Under the pieces are notes generated by a model that was not told the origin of the DNA, searched no databases, and worked only from the letters and a program-made list of their open reading frames with translations. A stretch of 43,075 nt of DNA, from positions 1 through 43,075 of the forward strand of contig CAVSGG010000002.1 of assembly GCA_963727455.1 (NCBI GenBank), in the 5' to 3' direction. The position numbers and the translations under genes are program-made. The stretch is from Candidatus Krumholzibacteriota bacterium. Its GTDB lineage: Bacteria > Krumholzibacteriota > Krumholzibacteriia > JAJRXK01. Shown here piece by piece: positions 37,841 through 43,075 of this stretch (the first letter of the stretch is position 1; every line of letters starts with the position of its first letter).

Positions 37841-39907
37841 GTGCGTACTAGCAGCCGCCTCGTCTTGGCGTTGATGATTCTATTCTTGGGCTTTACCCCT
37901 GCCCGCGGGCAGGATACGGACACTCATCCCTTCTCCGTGCACGACATGGTGGCGATGAAGCGCCTCAGTAGTCCGACGGCCTCCCCCGACGGGAAGACGC
38001 TCGCCTTCACCGTGACGAGCATCGACCTGGATGCCAACCGCGGCCGCAGTGATCTGTGGACGGTGAATGTCGATGGTTCAAACCTGCGGCAGCTCACTAC
38101 TCATCCCGAGAACGACAGCTCGCCGCTCTGGTCGCCCGACGGAAAGTGGATCTACTTTTTGTCCTCGCGCAGCGGGAAGAGTCAGGTGTGGCGCATCGCC
38201 ACCGACGGGGGAGAGGCCAGGCAGGTCACCGACGAGCCCCTCGAGGTGGGCAACCTCAGACTCTCTCCGGACGGCAAGACCATCGCCTACACCATGCGCG
38301 TCTTCGTGGACTGCCCCGACGTGGATTGTACGGTACAGAAGCTAAAGGAGATCGCGGATCGTCCCTACACCGGACGCGTCTACGATCAGCTCTTCGTCCG
38401 TCACTGGGACACCTGGGAGGATGGACGCCGCAGTCATCTCTTCGCGCGCTCGGTGGAACACGGCCCGAGCGTCGACGTGAGCGTGAAGCTGGACGGCAAT
38501 ACCCCCAGCCAACCCTTCGGTGGCCCCGAGGAGATCGCGTTCACTCCCGACAGCCAGGGCCTGGTCTTCAGCATGAAGGTCGGAGGGAGCAAACAAGCTT
38601 GGTCGACCAACTTCGATCTCTACGTGGCGCCCATCGACGGGTCACAGGCTCCCAAGAACCTGACCGCGGACAATCCCGCCTGGGATACCGCTCCCGTGTT
38701 CTCTCCCGACGGCAAGACCCTGGCGTACCTTGCCATGGAGAGAGCGGGCTACGAGTCCGATCGCTTGCGGATTGTGCAGCGCGACTGGAACGGCTCGAGC
38801 ATGAGCGCGGGCGAGGCGAAGCCGCTCACCGAGGACTTCGATCGCAGTTTCCGCGGCTTCCTCTTCGGGCCCAAGGGAAAGAACATCTATGCCTATGGCG
38901 CGAACCTAGGTCAAGTTGCGCTGTGGAGAATCGATGCGAAGAACGGCAAGCACACCCTCATGCATTCGATGGGTACGGTGCGTGGTCCGGTTCTGGCCAA
39001 GAACCTCATCATATTTGGTTTGGACCACCTTCAGTCGCCGGTGGAGCTCTATTCCATCCAGCTCGACGGAAAGAACTACAAGCGCATCACGTACATCAAC
39101 GACGAAAGAATCGCGCAGGTCGCCATGGGCGATCCCGAGCAGTTCACCTTTGCCGGCGCAGATAGTGACGAGGTGTATTGCTACGTGGTCAAGCCGGCCA
39201 ACTTCGACGAGACGAAGAAGTACCCGGTAGCCTTCCTCATCCACGGCGGACCGCAGGGTAGCTTCGGCAATGACTTCCACTACCGCTGGAATTCCCAGGC
39301 CTACGCCGGCGCGGGCTACGCCGCGGTCATGGTCGACTTCCACGGAAGCACCGGTTACGGCCAAGCTTTCTGTGACGCGATTCGCGGCGACTGGGGCGGC
39401 AAACCGCTCACGGACTTGCAGAAGGGATTGGCGGCCGCATTGGGGCGCTATCCCTGGATGAACGGTGACAAGGTGGCGGCCCTGGGAGCGAGCTTCGGTG
39501 GCTACATGATCAACTGGATCGCCGGCAACTGGCCCGATCGCTTCACCTGCCTAGTGGATCACGACGGCAACCTGGATGAACGGGCGGCGTACTTCTCGAC
39601 CGAGGAACTCTGGTTCCCTGAGTGGGATCACGAGGGAAAGCCCTGGACCGATCCCGAGCACTTCGAAAAGCAGAACCCGGTGAACTTCGTGCAGAACTGG
39701 AAGACGCCGATGCTGATCATCCACGGGGCGCACGACTATCGCGTGGAACTCGCTGGCGGGCTCGGCACCTTCAACGCGTGTCAGCGCCTGGGGATTCCCA
39801 GCAAGTTCCTCTACTTCCCCGACGAGAGTCACTGGGTGCAGAAGCCGCAAAACAGCATTCAGTGGCACGATGAAGTGATCGGGTGGCTGGATCGCTGGAC
39901 CAAGTAG
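37841..39907 (+). CDS. Secreted S9-family peptidase (dipeptidyl-peptidase 5-like)
   Basis: Signal peptide; SPDGK repeats; LFVRHWDTW, IHGGPQGS, HGSTGYGQ, GASFGG (Ser), HGAHDYRV (Asp), FPDESHWV (His). GTG start. Confidence 0.94.
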   Translation: MRTSSRLVLALMILFLGFTPARGQDTDTHPFSVHDMVAMKRLSSPTASPDGKTLAFTVTSIDLDANRGRSDLWTVNVDGSNLRQLTTHPENDSSPLWSPDGKWIYFLSSRSGKSQVWRIATDGGEARQVTDEPLEVGNLRLSPDGKTIAYTMRVFVDCPDVDCTVQKLKEIADRPYTGRVYDQLFVRHWDTWEDGRRSHLFARSVEHGPSVDVSVKLDGNTPSQPFGGPEEIAFTPDSQGLVFSMKVGGSKQAWSTNFDLYVAPIDGSQAPKNLTADNPAWDTAPVFSPDGKTLAYLAMERAGYESDRLRIVQRDWNGSSMSAGEAKPLTEDFDRSFRGFLFGPKGKNIYAYGANLGQVALWRIDAKNGKHTLMHSMGTVRGPVLAKNLIIFGLDHLQSPVELYSIQLDGKNYKRITYINDERIAQVAMGDPEQFTFAGADSDEVYCYVVKPANFDETKKYPVAFLIHGGPQGSFGNDFHYRWNSQAYAGAGYAAVMVDFHGSTGYGQAFCDAIRGDWGGKPLTDLQKGLAAALGRYPWMNGDKVAALGASFGGYMINWIAGNWPDRFTCLVDHDGNLDERAAYFSTEELWFPEWDHEGKPWTDPEHFEKQNPVNFVQNWKTPMLIIHGAHDYRVELAGGLGTFNACQRLGIPSKFLYFPDESHWVQKPQNSIQWHDEVIGWLDRWTK

Positions 39908-39912
39908 TTTGC

Positions 39913-40152
39913 AAGAGCCCTCCTTCGCAGAAGCGGAGAGGCGGTTCTGTGCCCTGAGATAGAAGAGGCCCATCATCGGAGCCGAGGCTAAGCCGCGCCA
40001 AAGCGCGCGGAACCGCCTCTACACTCCGATGATGGGCCTCTTCCTACTCATTCCGCACAGCGAAGCCTCTCTGCTTCTGCGATGGAGGGCTCTTTCCTCT
40101 TCGTATCACGCGGAAGCGCCTCTCCACTCTGATGAGGGGCCTTTACTTACTC
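39913..40152. repeat. Cluster of five related ~45-50-nt units; the first four fold into a 182-nt rod-like palindrome (39913-40094)
   Basis: 30-nt arms 39913-39942/40065-40094 (1 mismatch, 1 G-U); 20-bp perfect arms 39962-39981/40024-40043; 40108-40152 is a direct copy of 40005-40049 (37/45 identical). Confidence 0.85.
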
Positions 40153-40276
40153 TCCAGCTGCTTCATCCTTATCGCAGTGCTCGCAGAGTCGCCCTCCTCC
40201 TGAGCCTCGAGCCCAAGGGTCGAGTTGCCATGCTCTTTGGCTTCCCTTATCCATCCAGGAGCATCGAAGTGCACGA

Positions 40277-41072
40277 ATGCCTCTCTCTCTGGGAGGTATT
40301 TTGCCAGGCGCCGCGGTCGCATCCTTGGCCAGGTTCTACCGGCCCCGTCGTCCCGAGCGCACGCCGCTCTACCAACTCTTCGACCGACACGCTGAGCGCT
40401 TCTTCCGCGAGTACGACGAGCGCTTCGAGCACCATTACGGTCCCTTGCGCGCTGTCGTGCGACGCGTGGTTGACCAATATCTCGAGTGTGGTCGCCCCGA
40501 GGGAGGCTTCGCGCGCATCCGCTGCCCGAGCTGTCGCGGTGAGCACCTCCTGGCGTTCAGCTGCCAGACCCGCAACTTCTGTCCGAGCTGCCAGGCCAAG
40601 CACGCCGCACTGTTCGCCGAGCATCTCGTGGAGGATGTGCTCAGCCCGGTCGCGCACCGCCACGCGGTGTTCACGGTACCGAAGGCGATCCGTGGTTCGA
40701 GCGCGTCGAGTGGTGGGATCAAAAGGCACTGACTGAGCTGTTCCGACGGCTGGTGCTCCGAGAGTTGCGGCGCGCGAATCGCCTCCGCGAGGAGACCGAG
40801 GCCATGCTCCTGTCGTGGCAGCACTCAGGCTTCGGGGTTCATTCCGGCGAGCCGGTGCTGCCCGATGACACCGGGCGTCAGGAGCACCTGGCACGGTACA
40901 TCACCCGCGCGCCGATCCGGCTCGACGCGATCACGCCGATCGATGCCGAGCAAGTGCGGGTTCGGACACCGATCCATCCCAACACCGGTCAACGCAATCT
41001 CGAACTCGACGTTCTGGAGATGATTCGCCGTCTGTGCGCCCAGATTCCCGCGCCGCGCCAGCATTTAACGCG
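40277..41072 (+). pseudogene. IS91-family (Y2/HUH rolling-circle) transposase remnant, internally deleted, frameshifted and 3'-truncated
   Basis: Zn-binding domain YRPRRPERTPLY..YLECG..GFARIRCPSC..AFSCQTRNFCPSC..HRHAVFTVPKAIR; after a frame change near 40695, SWQHSGFGVH..LARYITRAP..QIPAPRQHLTR. The HPHxH region and the RYYG motif are absent. Confidence 0.88.
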
Positions 41073-41534
41073 CAGGGGCACGGGCGCCGGGGGTGGGGTA
41101 TGCCTGAGGATACGGAGAAACCCCATCGGCGGGAGCATGCCCGGTGAACAGAGTTGCGGTGGAGTGAGTCGGTGTGCGACGACCCGTGCTCGAGCCAACC
41201 ATCGCACCGAGAACAGCATGCGAGGGACGCCCGTTTCGAAGGTCATTGCGCGCTTGGTGCCCAAAACGCCGTATACAATCCACTATCCGTGGACTGAGAG
41301 CCTTCCGATCGGCACGGCCAGAAGCGTCGTCACGAGAATGCCGAGGATCAACGCGCCCCTGATTCGCCTGGCCACCGCGAAGCGAATCTGGGCCGGAATG
41401 GACTTCAGAATCAGCGTCCTCACGTTGAAGACCGAATAGGTGAAAAACGCGTTCAGTCGCATCCCCGGCGCGAATCATAGCACCGGTGAGTTCGTTCGTC
41501 CTGAGGAGAGCGACTGGTCGATCTCGGCTACCCC

Positions 41535-41564
41535 TTGAGCCTCGGAGATCCAAGGTGCTATGAT
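41535..41564 (+). promoter_or_regulatory. Sigma70-like extended -10 promoter for the beta-propeller gene
   Basis: TTGAGC (41535-41540)-18 nt-TATGAT (41559-41564) with a TGn extension. It overlaps the 41560 ATG, which favours the start at 41596. Confidence 0.55.
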
Positions 41565-41595
41565 AAAACAAAATCCCAACGGTGGGAGGTACGGT

Positions 41596-43005
41596 ATGCG
41601 CACATGGTTCATCGGCTCCTTCATTGCTGGTTGTTTTCTCTTTTTCGCAAATCCAGCGTCATCGCAGGTCCATCAGTGGAGCAAAAATTTCGGTGACGAA
41701 TCCGGCTCAATTACACGCGCGATCTGCAGCGACTCTCAAGGAAACGTGATCATTGGAGGCTCAGTCGTCGGAAACGTGGATTTCGGTGGTGGCGTGCTCC
41801 CAGCTGGCGCCTATGTGGCAAAACTGAACGCACAGGGTGAGCACCAGTGGAGTGCAACCTACTCCGCCACCGGCTCGACGATCATCGTAAACGGGGTTGC
41901 AGCGGACGGATTGGGCAACGTCTATGCTGCGGGATATTTCTACGGTTCAGTGGACTTTGGGGGCGGCAACTTGGCCGTCTCTCCCACGAGCGGGGCGTTC
42001 TTGGCGAAGTTCGACGCTGATGGCAACCATAAGTGGAGCCACGCGTACGGCGGCGATCACACGGTTGCTTGGGATGTCGCTGCGAGTCCGGATGGGCGAG
42101 TTGCCATTGCCGGTGATACCCAGGGAACGCTGGATTTTGGCGGTGGTTCGTTGGTCGCGCAGGGGCAGGATGCTTTCGTGGCCTGCTTCGATGGAACTGG
42201 GGATCTGCTCTTTGGCCACCTCTTCGGCGATGCGGCTGATCAGTCGTGCGATGCCGTGGGCATGGATGCAGATGGCAATGTCGTGATCGGAGGCCTTTGC
42301 AAGGGCACGATCGATTTTGGCAGTGGTCCACTGACCACGAATGGAACACAATTCTCCGACGCGTTTTTGGCCAAGTTCTCATCTGCCGGCGCCCACATCT
42401 GGAGCGCGCTTTACGGGGATGCTAGCGCCCAATACACGCAAAGCGTGGAATGTGACGAGACGGGTCAGATTCTGGTGACCGGCCATACCTCTGGTTCCGT
42501 GGACCTCGGGGGAGGAACTCTAGGAAGCGGCTATGTCTTTGCCGCCAAATTCGCCTCCGACGGTAGTCACCTCTGGAGTCGCGCATACAACGGCGACGGC
42601 GTCGAGTATGGACTCTGGGCCACGCCGAAGCTCGGAGGAGAATGTGTCCTATCTGGGTATGCGGCGGGATCCATCGACTTCGGTACCGGCGTCCTGAGTC
42701 CTGTTGGATACGGCAACAAACTCTTCGTCGTGGCACGTCTGGATGCCATGGGCAATGCGATCTGGAGCCGGGGCTACGAGGCCAGCGTATTGGTGAATGG
42801 ACGAGCCGCCTGTGACGCACAGGGCGGTATCTACGTGGATGGAGATTTTTGGCCCCAGATCGACCTGGGTGGCGACCCCTTGACGGTAGCGGGCGGCGCC
42901 TCGGGAGGAAGCGATATCTTCCTGGCGCGATTCAGTCCAGATCAAATCCCGACCACCCAAGTGCACTTCGGCGGACTCAAGTCACGGTTTCGCCCTCGCC
43001 CGTAG
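41596..43005 (+). CDS. Secreted 7-bladed beta-propeller (SBBP-like repeat) protein with short C-terminal motif
   Basis: GGGAGGT SD; signal peptide MRTWFIGSFIAGCFLFFANPASS; seven repeats of the type D..GNV...G...G.(V/I)DFGGG.L....AFLAKF...G.H.WS; ends IPTTQVHFGGLKSRFRPRP. Confidence 0.88.
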   Translation: MRTWFIGSFIAGCFLFFANPASSQVHQWSKNFGDESGSITRAICSDSQGNVIIGGSVVGNVDFGGGVLPAGAYVAKLNAQGEHQWSATYSATGSTIIVNGVAADGLGNVYAAGYFYGSVDFGGGNLAVSPTSGAFLAKFDADGNHKWSHAYGGDHTVAWDVAASPDGRVAIAGDTQGTLDFGGGSLVAQGQDAFVACFDGTGDLLFGHLFGDAADQSCDAVGMDADGNVVIGGLCKGTIDFGSGPLTTNGTQFSDAFLAKFSSAGAHIWSALYGDASAQYTQSVECDETGQILVTGHTSGSVDLGGGTLGSGYVFAAKFASDGSHLWSRAYNGDGVEYGLWATPKLGGECVLSGYAAGSIDFGTGVLSPVGYGNKLFVVARLDAMGNAIWSRGYEASVLVNGRAACDAQGGIYVDGDFWPQIDLGGDPLTVAGGASGGSDIFLARFSPDQIPTTQVHFGGLKSRFRPRP

Positions 43006-43075
43006 CTCCCCGTGCTCAGTGTGCGAACGTGACCTTTCGAATTTGCACCGTGCCCGGAATCTGCAGCCCCATTCC

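Noticed and set aside
40129-40136. CTGATGAG as a hammerhead ribozyme core
   Set aside because: No stem II-GAAA element follows, and the sister repeat reads CCGATGAT.
39913-40152. Repeat cluster as a CRISPR array or integron attC array
   Set aside because: Units switch orientation, are separated by only a few nt with no unique spacers, lack RYYYAAC/GTTRRRY boxes, and no cas or intI gene is present.
41283-41285. In-frame TAG in the minus-strand ORF as pyrrolysine recoding
   Set aside because: No pyl genes or recognisable protein family; a nonsense mutation or a true stop is simpler.

Overview
GC-rich bacterial chromosomal window with about 24 protein-coding genes. No rRNA, tRNA or CRISPR array was recognised. 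Two secreted proteins end in a T9SS type-A/FlgD-Ig-like C-terminal domain and a third ends in a short 'P-T-T-x-x-x-F-G-x-L-K-x-x-F-R' tail. Together these suggest an FCB-related candidate lineage such as Krumholzibacteriota, Latescibacterota or Eisenbacteria (inference). In order: a three-subunit xanthine-dehydrogenase-family molybdoenzyme operon; a secreted M1 aminopeptidase; a CBS protein and mqnC; a highly structured non-coding element with terminator upstream of a small membrane protein; a secreted tripeptidyl-peptidase-II-like subtilase; a membrane protein with an acidic tail; a long minus-strand run (catalytically dead alpha/beta hydrolase, DEDD exonuclease, phytoene/squalene-synthase-like protein, RlmD, membrane protein, top6B-elbB-top6A); an orphan alpha-2-macroglobulin; a reverse-order 3-hydroxyacyl-CoA dehydrogenase/enoyl-CoA hydratase fusion; a large, probably highly expressed surface protein with a long structured leader; an aromatic amino acid decarboxylase; two S9 peptidases; a 182-nt rod-like palindrome built from ~50-nt repeat units; an internally deleted IS91-family transposase; and a 7-bladed beta-propeller protein. 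Best candidates for novelty: topoisomerase VI split by a DJ-1-family glyoxalase gene, the unassigned structured RNA at 8681-8920, the short C-terminal sorting-like tail, the REP/BIME-like rod beside the HUH transposase remnant, and the S-layer-like gene with its leader. All calls were made by eye from motifs; no database search or folding computation was run.
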